64,000 nt of DNA from the NCBI GenBank assembly GCA_963721805.1, contig CAVRJY010000001.1:672001-736000 (forward strand). Reading direction: 5' to 3'. Below the pieces are notes generated by a model, which did no database searches, was not told the origin of the DNA, and was given only the letters and a program-made list of their open reading frames with translations. Origin of the DNA: Nitrospirota bacterium (GTDB taxonomy: Bacteria > Nitrospirota > Thermodesulfovibrionia > Thermodesulfovibrionales > JdFR-86). Made by a program: the position numbers and the translations under genes. Positions 18,106 to 27,185 of the stretch are shown here, piece after piece. How positions within the stretch are numbered: the stretch's first letter is position 1; each line of letters begins with the position of its first letter.

Positions 18106-18334
18106 ATTTTTCCACTCCCTCTGTTTTTATGGAACAAAAAGGCATCCATCTCTGACCGGTGCGGGGATGGGGGTTGAAAAAACTCCGTTTTCATGTATGA
18201 TGTAAGGTGTCCCCTGCTTCGGGCCGGATGCCTGAAGGGAAGGCGTGCCGAGGGGAGACGTGCGGCATGCCGGTTTTTGTTTGTGCGCCGGCCACTCCGG
18301 CAGCCCTGATCGCTAGGACGGAAACAACGCGGGC

Positions 18335-19774
18335 ATGAGAGAAAAAGACATCTTCGAAGAGATCATCGACATCGGCAAACGCCGTGGCGTGCTCACCTAT
18401 GACGAGATCAACGAGGCCCTTCCGGCCGAGTTCTTTTCCCCGGACGAGATGGAAGACCTCATGGAGCTCCTCCATGAGCTCGGCATCAAGGTCGTCGACG
18501 ACGACACCCTCGTCCCCGAGGAGGAGCCTGAGGAAGAGGAGGAGGTCACCGAGTACGAGAAGACCGAGGACCTCGTCCAGGCCTATTTCCACTCGATGGG
18601 CAACATCTCGATCCTGACCAAGGACGAGGAGACCCACCTCGCCAAGCAGCTCGAAGAGGGCCGCGAGATCATGAAGGGCATCCTCGGCAAGATGGCCATC
18701 TACGAGCACCCGGAGCCGACCGAGGTCATAGGGACCGAGGAGGGCGCCGAGGAGGCCGCAGCGGACGCCGACGAGGACAAGGACATCCTCGCGATCGCTT
18801 TCAGCTACCAGCGCCTCGAGGCGATCATGGCCCGCGTGGCCGAGCAGGACCGCAAGATCGAGCGCTTCGGCAATGTCAAGGCCCTCAGGAAGTCCGTCGC
18901 CGACAAAAAGAAGCTCGGCAAGAACGTCAAGAAGGCCGACGCCCTGCTGAAGGAAGTCCAGAAGGAATACAAGCGCGTCGAGCAGGAGACCGGCCTCAAG
19001 ATGGACCAGATCCGCGAGGACTGGGTCCGCCTGAGCAAGGTGCGCGAGATGATGGAGACCGCCAAAAACGAGCTCATCACCCGTAACCTGCGCCTCGTCG
19101 TCAACATCGCAAAAAACTACGTCGGCCGCGGCCTGCCACTATTGGACCTCATACAGGAAGGCAACATCGGCCTGATGAAGGCAGTGGACAAGTTCAAGTA
19201 CGAGAAGGGTTTCAAGTTCAGCACCTACGCGACGTGGTGGATCAGGCAGGCCATCACGCGCGCGCTTATCGACCAGACGAAGACCATCCGCGTGCCCGTG
19301 CACATGATGGAGTTCTATAACCGCGTTACCAAGGCCGCGCGCGAGCTCACGCACCAGCTCGGCAAGGAGCCGGACAACGAGGAGATCGCAAAGAAGCTCG
19401 CCGTGCCCTCAAAGAAGGTCGAGGAGGTCTTCCGCGCCATACAGGACCCGATCGCGCTTCAGACCCCGATAGGGGACGAGGACACCGAGCTTGAGGACTT
19501 CATCGGCGACAAGGTCAGCCCGTCTCCGTATTCGGACGCCGAGCGCATCGAGAGCTCCGAGCAGCTTCAGCGCGTGCTCCGCACCCTCTCGCCCAAGGAA
19601 GAGAAGGTCATCAAGATGCGCTTCGGCATCGGAGCCGACCGCGACCATACGCTCGAGGAGGTCGGCCGCTACCTCTCGATCACCCGCGAGCGCGTCCGTC
19701 AGATCGAAGCGAAGGCGCTTCGTAAATTGAAACACCCCTCGCGCCTCAAGGCCCTTCGCCTGCTGATGTCCTAG
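18335..19774 (+). CDS. RpoD-like group 1/2 sigma70 factor with region 1.1
   Basis: GKRRGVLTYDEINEALP (region 1.1), [52 protein letters not shown]. Confidence 0.95.
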   Translation: MREKDIFEEIIDIGKRRGVLTYDEINEALPAEFFSPDEMEDLMELLHELGIKVVDDDTLVPEEEPEEEEEVTEYEKTEDLVQAYFHSMGNISILTKDEETHLAKQLEEGREIMKGILGKMAIYEHPEPTEVIGTEEGAEEAAADADEDKDILAIAFSYQRLEAIMARVAEQDRKIERFGNVKALRKSVADKKKLGKNVKKADALLKEVQKEYKRVEQETGLKMDQIREDWVRLSKVREMMETAKNELITRNLRLVVNIAKNYVGRGLPLLDLIQEGNIGLMKAVDKFKYEKGFKFSTYATWWIRQAITRALIDQTKTIRVPVHMMEFYNRVTKAARELTHQLGKEPDNEEIAKKLAVPSKKVEEVFRAIQDPIALQTPIGDEDTELEDFIGDKVSPSPYSDAERIESSEQLQRVLRTLSPKEEKVIKMRFGIGADRDHTLEEVGRYLSITRERVRQIEAKALRKLKHPSRLKALRLLMS

Positions 19775-19849
19775 GTGCCATAGGCACCTCTCATTAAAGG
19801 CAGCCACGGGGTGCCATGGGCACCCCTTACATAACATGGCATATATCTC

Positions 19850-19880
19850 AAGCCGCTCCGAACCACGGGGCGGCTTTTTT
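19850..19880 (+). terminator. Intrinsic terminator after the sigma gene
   Basis: AAGCCGCTCCG-aacca-CGGGGCGGCTTTTTT. Confidence 0.85.
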
Positions 19881-19936
19881 GTTTGTCCATAACCGTTCGC
19901 CTTGCTAATCATCCCGGATAACCTTATCATTGGTTT

Positions 19937-21094
19937 ATGGCTCCCATCAATAAAGTCATGCCTGGCAGGCTCTTCCTTTCCTTCCTGAGGCTCGGGCTCA
20001 CGGCATTCGGGGGGCCCGCGATGGTCGCGTACATCAAGGAGATGTCCGTGGGCCGCCACGCCTGGCTCGACGAGGAGACGTTCAAAGACGGCGTGGTGCT
20101 GGCTCAGTCCGTGCCGGGTGCGACCGCGATGCAGACGGCCGCGTATGTCGGGCTCAGGGCCGGAGGGATACCCGGTGCGCTCGCGGCTTACATCGGATTC
20201 GGGCTGCCCGCGTTCGTACTGATCGTGGCGCTCTCGGTGCTCTATGCCGCGTATCACGAGGTCCCCTCCGTGGTATCGGTCTTCAGCGGGCTACAGGTCG
20301 TGGTCGTCGCGATCGTCGCGAACGCGACGCTGACATTCGGCAGGAGCACGTTTAAATCATACCGCGACGCGCTATTCGCTGCTGCTGCCTCAGGGCTATT
20401 TCTGGCCGGAGTGAGCCCGTTTGTGGTGATCGCCGGGGCGGCCCTCGCAAGCGCGTTGCTTTACAGGACAGAGGGGATTGCCGCGAGTGACGAGGGCAGG
20501 GCCGGCGGTATTGGCTTCAGGCGGATGATCGCGGTCCTTGCGGGTCTGCTGTTGGCGCTGCTTGCGTTATACGCAATTAATGAACGGCTCTTCGAGCTCG
20601 CGTCCGTGATGATCAAGGTGGACCTCTTCGCATTCGGCGGCGGGTTCGCCTCTCTGCCGCTGATGCTGCACGAGGTCGTAGGCGTGAGGGGCTGGATGGA
20701 CCAGCGGACGTTCATGGACGGCATCGCGCTCGGGCAGGTGACGCCGGGGCCGATAGTCATCACCTCGGCCTTCGTCGGGTATATGGTCCATGGCGCCGCG
20801 GGCGCGCTCGTTGCGACCGTCTCGGTCTTTACCCCATCGTTTTTGATGGTGATAACGATGACCCCGGTGATGGACCGGCTTAAGGCCTCCGCGGTATTTC
20901 AGAGGGCGACGAGGGGAATACTCGCCTCGTTCGTCGGGCTGCTATTTTTTGTGACCGTTAAGTTCAGTCAGACCGTGCACTGGGATATCTTGCGGGTCTT
21001 GATCGCCGCCGCTGCCTTCGCCGCGTTAGTGAGGAAGGTGGACATCCTTGTCATCGTGGCCGTGGCCGTGGCGGTCTCGCTATTGCTGCTGTAG
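19937..21094 (+). CDS. chrA: Chromate efflux transporter, long bidomain CHR
   Basis: FLRLGLTAFGG, QSVPGA, FAFGGG, GQVTPGP motifs in two halves. Confidence 0.92.
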   Translation: MAPINKVMPGRLFLSFLRLGLTAFGGPAMVAYIKEMSVGRHAWLDEETFKDGVVLAQSVPGATAMQTAAYVGLRAGGIPGALAAYIGFGLPAFVLIVALSVLYAAYHEVPSVVSVFSGLQVVVVAIVANATLTFGRSTFKSYRDALFAAAASGLFLAGVSPFVVIAGAALASALLYRTEGIAASDEGRAGGIGFRRMIAVLAGLLLALLALYAINERLFELASVMIKVDLFAFGGGFASLPLMLHEVVGVRGWMDQRTFMDGIALGQVTPGPIVITSAFVGYMVHGAAGALVATVSVFTPSFLMVITMTPVMDRLKASAVFQRATRGILASFVGLLFFVTVKFSQTVHWDILRVLIAAAAFAALVRKVDILVIVAVAVAVSLLLL

Positions 21095-21099
21095 GGGCG

Positions 21100-21501
21100 T
21101 TACTGCGCCCCGACCATCTTTTCGTATAGCGCGCGGCCGACCAGAAAATCCGCCCAGGCGATGCCTATGTCAGGCAGCATCGAGTTGAGGATCGGCCCGC
21201 CGGGCGGGATGCCCTTTGCGATGAAATAAGCGATGCTGAAGTGTGTCATCAATATGGTGCCGAGGATGACGAGCATGCCGTTTAGGAGATACCCGTAGAT
21301 CGCGGTCTTTCTGGACGTAAAAAGCAGCGTCACGACGAAGACGTCCGTGAGGCCCGCCACAGATGCGATGAGTTTCGTGCCGTCGAAAGTTACCGAGCCC
21401 GTTGCCTTGTCGGCCACCAGGAAAGGGTGTATGCGGTAGTGGAGCATGAAGCCGCCCACGCCGAGCAGAATGAGCGCGCTAAACAGGCTGCGGTAGGACA
21501 T
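21100..21501 (-). CDS. Small hypothetical membrane protein
   Basis: 133 aa with 3-4 hydrophobic segments; TGaTATAAT lies 5 nt upstream. Confidence 0.75.
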   Translation of the reverse strand: MSYRSLFSALILLGVGGFMLHYRIHPFLVADKATGSVTFDGTKLIASVAGLTDVFVVTLLFTSRKTAIYGYLLNGMLVILGTILMTHFSIAYFIAKGIPPGGPILNSMLPDIGIAWADFLVGRALYEKMVGAQ

Positions 21502-21567
21502 AGCCGATTATATCAAAGAGTACCTCGGGGCGCCAGCCGGCGATGGCGGGCCGCGAAGGGGCCGCGT

Positions 21568-22662
21568 TTAAAGCAGCCCGAGCCTGATCGCCTTCACCGC
21601 GGCCTCGGTGCGGTTTTGGGTGTTGAGTTTGGCAAACAGGCTCTGGATGTAGGTCTGGACGGTCCTTTCGGCGATGCCGAGCTCGAATGCAATCTCCTTG
21701 TCCTGCAGGCCCTGGGCCAGGCGCCTGATGACCTCGAGCTCGCGCCTGGTGAGGTGCGCCCTCGCATCGCCATCCTTTTTCCTTGAGTCGATCAGGGACA
21801 CCCAGCCGCTGCCCTTCACCGGCAGGTACTGGCCGCCGTGCGTCTCGTCGAACCTGTAGCATATCGCCATCCCGTATGGCGGCGCGTAGGCCTCGATCTC
21901 CTGAAATATAAGGCAGGGTTTGGTGTCGTCATGCCGCGGGACGGTCTTAAGCCGACGGATCTGCTCCATGAGCGGCATCGGGAGCGAGGCCGGCACGCTG
22001 CCGTCGATTCCTTTTATCACCCTCCTGGCGGTCTCGTTGATGAACGTGATCTTACCCTCGTCGTCGGAGGTGATGATCCCGAACGGGAATGCGTCGAAGC
22101 AAGACACCGTGAAGAAGTCCGTGCCGAGCAGCCAGCGATAACGGAGGAAGCTATAAAAGACATAGGGTGAGATCCTGCTAATCGCCAGCATTTCCTGATC
22201 GGATGACCTCGGCGCATCGGCTCTTATCCCGCCGACTATCCCTGTCTGGACCCCTGACTCGCTGCAGAATACGGTTTCGAAGCCGCACAGGAAACCAAAC
22301 GGCTTGTATAACTCATCGTAGTCCACGGGGTAGTTTTTCTCGACGTCGTTGAAGATCTTTGTCGCATACCCGAACTTTTGGGCGGCCGCGACGTGGTCTT
22401 TGTATAAGGGCATGTTCGCGTGGTCTTTATTGACGTATCCGGTCAGAAACTCAGGGGGGAAGCCGCAGAAAATGCCCCTGAAGTCGTATCCCGTGCCCGA
22501 GACCCCCGTGACGCAGATCGGGGTGAATGCGATATCCTGCTTGATCCGCTCGAAGATGGATTCGATGTAGGTCTCGCGGTCCAGAAGGTATATGGAGCGC
22601 TCCTTGATGTCGCGCACCAGCTGCGCGAGCAGGTCTGTCCGGCTGGAGGCCCTGGGTCCCAT
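21568..22662 (-). CDS. LuxR-family regulator (GAF/autoinducer-like + PAS-like + HTH), paralog 1
   Basis: LTRRELEVIRRLAQGLQDKEIAFELGIAERTVQTYIQSLFAKL HTH; PFGIITSDDEGKITFINETA PAS-like segment. Confidence 0.9.
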   Translation of the reverse strand: MGPRASSRTDLLAQLVRDIKERSIYLLDRETYIESIFERIKQDIAFTPICVTGVSGTGYDFRGIFCGFPPEFLTGYVNKDHANMPLYKDHVAAAQKFGYATKIFNDVEKNYPVDYDELYKPFGFLCGFETVFCSESGVQTGIVGGIRADAPRSSDQEMLAISRISPYVFYSFLRYRWLLGTDFFTVSCFDAFPFGIITSDDEGKITFINETARRVIKGIDGSVPASLPMPLMEQIRRLKTVPRHDDTKPCLIFQEIEAYAPPYGMAICYRFDETHGGQYLPVKGSGWVSLIDSRKKDGDARAHLTRRELEVIRRLAQGLQDKEIAFELGIAERTVQTYIQSLFAKLNTQNRTEAAVKAIRLGLL

Positions 22663-22676
22663 CGCGCTCTCTTTCT

Positions 22677-23753
22677 TTAAAGCAGCCCGAGCTTGATCGC
22701 CTTCACGGCGGCCTCGGTGCGGTTGTGTGTCTCGAGCTTTGCAAACAGGCTCTGGATGTAGGTCTGGACGGTCTTCTCGGCGATGCCGAGCTCGAAGGCG
22801 ATCTCCTTATCCTGAAGCCCCCGGCCGATGAGGCGGATTACCTCGAGCTCGCGCTGAGAGATCAGGGCCTTCTGGGCCATGTCCTTTTTCCTTGAGTCGA
22901 TGAAAAACACCCAGCCGCTGCCCTTGACCGGCAAGTATCTTCCTCCGAAGTCCTCATCGAACCTGTAGCAGACCGTCACCCCGTACGGCGGGACGTACGC
23001 CTCGATCTCCTGGAATATCAGGCATGGCTCACTATAATGTTTAGGGACCTCATCCAATAGCCGCATCTGCTCCATAAAGCGTGCTGGAAGAACGCTGTGG
23101 GCCTGCCTGCCCGTGCTCCCTATAAGCTGCCTGGCGGCCTCGTTTAGGTATGTGATGTTCCCCGCACGATCCGAGGTGACGATCCCTAACGGGAACTCGT
23201 CATAGCAGACCACTGTGAAGAAGTCCGCCTCTACTAGCCAGCGGTAGCGCTGAAAGGCATAAAATATAAATGGCGCAATCTGGCGCACGGCTGACATTTC
23301 ATCTTCCGCAAAGACAACCTCAGCGCTCTTTAATGCGCCCCAGACACCGATAACATTGCCGGACTGATCGCAGAATACCGTCTCCATGCCGCACTGAAAC
23401 CCGAATGGTTTAAAACGCTCATCATAGTCCTCGGGATAGTTATGGGCCATGTCATCAGAAAACTTTGTCGCGTACCCGAGTTTTTTTGCGGCAGCAATAT
23501 GGTCACGGTAGAAATCCAGTTTTGCATGGTTTTTGTTCAGGTAGATTGCGAGGTACTTCGGGGGATAACCGCACATTATGCCCTTGAGGTCATACCCGGT
23601 GCCGGAGACCCCGGTGACGGTGATCGGGACAAACGCTATGTCCTTCTTGATGCGGTCGAAGATGGATTCGATATATGTCTCACGGTCAAGGAGATAAACG
23701 GCGCGCTCCTTGATATCGGCTACAAGCTTGTTAAGCCCGCTGAGTTTGGCCAT
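22677..23753 (-). CDS. LuxR-family regulator, paralog 2
   Basis: Collinear with paralog 1 over the full length, near-identical HTH; start set at ATG 23753 by alignment. Confidence 0.9.
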   Translation of the reverse strand: MAKLSGLNKLVADIKERAVYLLDRETYIESIFDRIKKDIAFVPITVTGVSGTGYDLKGIMCGYPPKYLAIYLNKNHAKLDFYRDHIAAAKKLGYATKFSDDMAHNYPEDYDERFKPFGFQCGMETVFCDQSGNVIGVWGALKSAEVVFAEDEMSAVRQIAPFIFYAFQRYRWLVEADFFTVVCYDEFPLGIVTSDRAGNITYLNEAARQLIGSTGRQAHSVLPARFMEQMRLLDEVPKHYSEPCLIFQEIEAYVPPYGVTVCYRFDEDFGGRYLPVKGSGWVFFIDSRKKDMAQKALISQRELEVIRLIGRGLQDKEIAFELGIAEKTVQTYIQSLFAKLETHNRTEAAVKAIKLGLL

Positions 23754-24573
23754 ATATGGAGTCGAGGAACTCATTCAGTATGAGGTTGAAGCGGCCCGGC
23801 TGCTCCATGTGGGGCGTATGCGTCGCGCCCTCGATCACCTGCACGCGCCCGCGCCAGAGGGTCGGTATCCGCAGCGATTCAATATAGGCAAGATTTACCA
23901 GCTTGTCACCGGAGCCATGAACAAATGCTATCGGCACGCGGAGTTCTTCGACCGCCCGGCGCTCGTCGCGGTACCAGCCCTTCGGCAGGCTCATGAAAAA
24001 CGCCCGTCTCGCCCGCCCGTCGGACCGCTGCATGTCGTCTTTAAGCAGCATGGAAGCCTCTTCGTGGCCGGGTCCGATGAAGATATCGAGCATAGGGTCG
24101 AAATCCCCCGGAGCGAAGTCTTTCTTCCAAACGAGTTCAAGGGCCTTGGTCGTCAGAAACGCCGGCCCGAAATCCTGCAGACCTGACAGTGGCGGCGCGG
24201 CGACAATAAAGTAGCCGCGGCTGGGCAACAGGTCAGTCGCCTCAAGCAGTAAATGTCCTCCGAGGCTCCAGCCGACGAACACCGCGTCCTTGATCCCCAT
24301 GGCCTCGCAAAACGATGCAAGCAGCGTTGTGTACCCTTTGGCGGTGTTGGTCTCGTCCGGGTCGCGAGCCGGCTCACTCCTGCCGTACCCAGGCAGGTCA
24401 AGCGCGATCATGCGGTATTGTCCGCCAAGCGGGCTGTCGAGCTGATATCGGAAGCATTCGCCCGAGACCGGGTTGCCATGCACGAATACGACCGCCGGCC
24501 CCCTGCCGGAGCTTTCTTGATAGGCGATTCGCTGACCGCCCTGGCACGTGACAACGCCTCCCCCATACCCCAT
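23731..24573 (-). CDS. Alpha/beta hydrolase, AidH-like (putative AHL lactonase family)
   Basis: VHGN, DLPGYG, GWSLGGH nucleophile elbow, SDGRARR, HGSGD acid, ATHTP histidine. Confidence 0.85.
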   Translation of the reverse strand: MGYGGGVVTCQGGQRIAYQESSGRGPAVVFVHGNPVSGECFRYQLDSPLGGQYRMIALDLPGYGRSEPARDPDETNTAKGYTTLLASFCEAMGIKDAVFVGWSLGGHLLLEATDLLPSRGYFIVAAPPLSGLQDFGPAFLTTKALELVWKKDFAPGDFDPMLDIFIGPGHEEASMLLKDDMQRSDGRARRAFFMSLPKGWYRDERRAVEELRVPIAFVHGSGDKLVNLAYIESLRIPTLWRGRVQVIEGATHTPHMEQPGRFNLILNEFLDSIYGQTQRA

Positions 24574-25048
24574 GAATTTATCTTACCTGGCTTACGAGAA
24601 TTAATCAATGATTACAGTATGATATAGTCGGATCCGAAACTCAGCGGCGTGAATTCGCTGCGAGCCCTCAAGCCCATTGCAATTAAACGATTAATTGCGG
24701 GGTTCACGCGCGCATCACCCTTTATAGTATCAAATTCAAGATATCTAATATCCCGTAATGAGAAAATAGTAGGTGAAATTATCTACTCCAAATGCATCGT
24801 TTTAGGGGAATAAATATCAATATTTAAACCGGACAAGTTCTATCCTGAATAGTTTTCCCTGACGCCGCCACCCCAATAATTAGGATTACGCTCAGTAGAA
24901 TTACCGAATTGATTAACCGCACGGATGGGAGTAAAATTATTCGGTTATGTGTAAAAAAATGTTACAAGGGCGTGTAATTGCGTAACCGGCTGAGTTGGAC
25001 AGTATGCAAATGTCATGGCGGCAACAGAGGGGCGGGGAGTTCATCGCG

Positions 25049-25432
25049 ATGAAAAAGGTCCTGATAGTCGAGGACAACAGGCTCCTGTCGATGCTGATAG
25101 AGGAGACGGTCTCCGCGATGGGCTACCACGTCATCGCGAAGATGGACACCCCGCTTGAGGCGCTGCTGCAGATCAAGCGCCTGGAGCCGCACGCGGTGCT
25201 CCTGAACATCTCGCGCACCGGCGGGCATGACGACATCGAGGTGGCTGAGCGGATCCAGGAGGCCTACGGCGTGCCGGTGATATTCATGACCACTCATATG
25301 GATGGCGCTATCAGGCACAGGGCGCTGGAGGTCGCAAGCGGCAGGCTGCTGGACAAGCCGTTGGACGAGCTTGAGCTTCAGCGGCACCTTGAGGGCATAT
25401 GCGGGGTGCCTGACATAAGGCGGACGCCATAG
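25049..25432 (+). CDS. Single-domain receiver protein (acceptor Asp replaced by Asn)
   Basis: KVLIVED, AVLLNIS, PVIFMT, LLDKP. Confidence 0.85.
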   Translation: MKKVLIVEDNRLLSMLIEETVSAMGYHVIAKMDTPLEALLQIKRLEPHAVLLNISRTGGHDDIEVAERIQEAYGVPVIFMTTHMDGAIRHRALEVASGRLLDKPLDELELQRHLEGICGVPDIRRTP

Positions 25433-25469
25433 CGGCCGGGTGCGCATCCGGTCCGGATCACGGAGGACG

Positions 25470-26900
25470 GTGAAGAAGCTAATCAGCATTGACGAACTCA
25501 GGGTCGGGATGTACGTCTGCGGGCTCGGACGCGCATGGATCGAGACGCCGTTTTTCAGCCACAGTTTTCTCGTGTCAGGCCGCGAGACCATAGAGAAGCT
25601 CCGCAGCGCGAAGATCGGGCAGCTGTATATCGACACCGAGCGCGGCATCGACGACCCGCCCGCCCCCGGGCCTTCGGCCGCAGCCCAGCCGGATGACGGG
25701 GAGTTCATGGCCGTAAGCCTCTCGTCGCTCAAGCCCGGCACGGTGCTGCCGTTTGACGTGTTCCGCAACTCAGGCTCGGGCAGGGAGCTCACCATCGAGA
25801 AGGGCTCGGAGTACTCGGCCCCGCTGAGCAAGGCCGTCAAGTTCGGCGGCTCGCTAACGGCCTTCATCAGGAAGGATGACGAGGAGGCCTACCTGCTTTA
25901 CAGCGACTCGCTGCGCCACGGGCCGGGCGGGATTATTTTCTATACCCAGAAGGAGTTCAGCCGCTATAACCGGGACAAGGAGATCCATTATCCTATCTCG
26001 CGCGAGCTGCTCTCGGCCGGGACCAGGGTGGATTTCTCGATACTCGTAAAACGGGGGTTTTTCTACGCCCCGCTCCTGATGGTCGAGCGCGGCTCAGAGG
26101 CTGCGGTCACCGAGCGGGACCTCCAGGCCCACGGTGAGTTCGTCATCGTCCAGGAGGACATCCAGAGGTATCAGGACTATATAGCGCGCCGCCTCCGCCA
26201 AAGCGGCAACGACCAAAAGATGGCCGCGGCCGTCACCCGCGAGACCGCGAAGGTGCGCGTGCGCGAGATCCTCGGCTCGTACCGAGACGGCAGGCTGGTG
26301 AAAAAGTGCGTCGAGGACACGGTGCAGGAAATGCTGGCGCTCATCACGAGCAGCCAGGGCGCCTTCGCCGGACTGCTGAGCCTCAACGCGCAGGACACCT
26401 ATACGTACGTGCATTCGGTCAACGTCGCGGCCCTCTCGATCAGCCTCGGAAACGCGATCGGACTCGGGCAGGGCGAGCTCTTCGAGCTGGGCATGGGCTG
26501 CATCCTGCACGACATCGGCAAGGTCATGGTGCCGGTAGAGATACTGAACAAGCCAAGCCGCCTGACCATACAAGAGTATAAGGAGATAAAAAAGCACGTG
26601 CTGTACGGGCGTGACATCCTAAACGGATACGGCGACATCCCGGAGGGCGCTTACATCCCGGTCTTGCAGCACCACGAAAAGCTCTCAGGCAAGGGCTACC
26701 CGTTCAGGCTCAGCGGCGCGGACCTCCACGACATGGGGAGGATCGCCTCGATGGTCGATACCTATGACGCCATCACGACCAGCAGGCCGTACAGAAAGGC
26801 GCTCTCTGCGTACTACGCCCTCAAGGTCATCTCCAGCGAGAACGAAAACTACGCCCCCGCACTCTATTCCGAATTCGTAAAACTCCTCGGCCGCGCCTAG
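25470..26900 (+). CDS. HD-GYP phosphodiesterase with DUF3391-like N-terminus
   Basis: IDELRVGMYV N-terminus; HSVNV, LHDIGK, HHEKLSGKGYP; GGAGG SD before GTG. Confidence 0.92.
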   Translation: MKKLISIDELRVGMYVCGLGRAWIETPFFSHSFLVSGRETIEKLRSAKIGQLYIDTERGIDDPPAPGPSAAAQPDDGEFMAVSLSSLKPGTVLPFDVFRNSGSGRELTIEKGSEYSAPLSKAVKFGGSLTAFIRKDDEEAYLLYSDSLRHGPGGIIFYTQKEFSRYNRDKEIHYPISRELLSAGTRVDFSILVKRGFFYAPLLMVERGSEAAVTERDLQAHGEFVIVQEDIQRYQDYIARRLRQSGNDQKMAAAVTRETAKVRVREILGSYRDGRLVKKCVEDTVQEMLALITSSQGAFAGLLSLNAQDTYTYVHSVNVAALSISLGNAIGLGQGELFELGMGCILHDIGKVMVPVEILNKPSRLTIQEYKEIKKHVLYGRDILNGYGDIPEGAYIPVLQHHEKLSGKGYPFRLSGADLHDMGRIASMVDTYDAITTSRPYRKALSAYYALKVISSENENYAPALYSEFVKLLGRA

Positions 26901-26975
26901 GGGGCCGACTGGCCCCTCTCCCTATTCGCGTCGCTCACTTATTCGCGCAAAGCGCTCATCTCATATCATATCAAT

Positions 26976-27148
26976 GACTTTGACCTCGGGGGGACCGGGG
27001 GGCTTCCGTTGGCCTCCGCGCCCCCGGAGGCGCGCCAAATCGTTTTCAGACTAGGCAGGGCAAGAAGACCGCCCGATGGTGTACTTGGGCGTACATAGAG
27101 GGCGAGTCTTTGAAGCCCAACGACGTATCAAGCGATTTGGAGCGCTTT
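26976..27148 (+). repeat. Long-hairpin interspersed repeat, copy 3
   Basis: GACTTTGACC start variant; CCAAATCG..TCAGACTAGG..GTAC-N6-GTAC..GTATCAAGCGATTTGGAGCGCTTT. Confidence 0.95.
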
Positions 27149-27185
27149 GAAAAGGACGTGGTTGCTGTCGAGGAATTCCCTTGTT

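Noticed and set aside
21091..21111. GTAGGGGCG-TTACTG-CGCCCC as a GTAG REP
   Set aside because: It is formed by two convergent gene ends, the right arm is coding, and it is a single short match.
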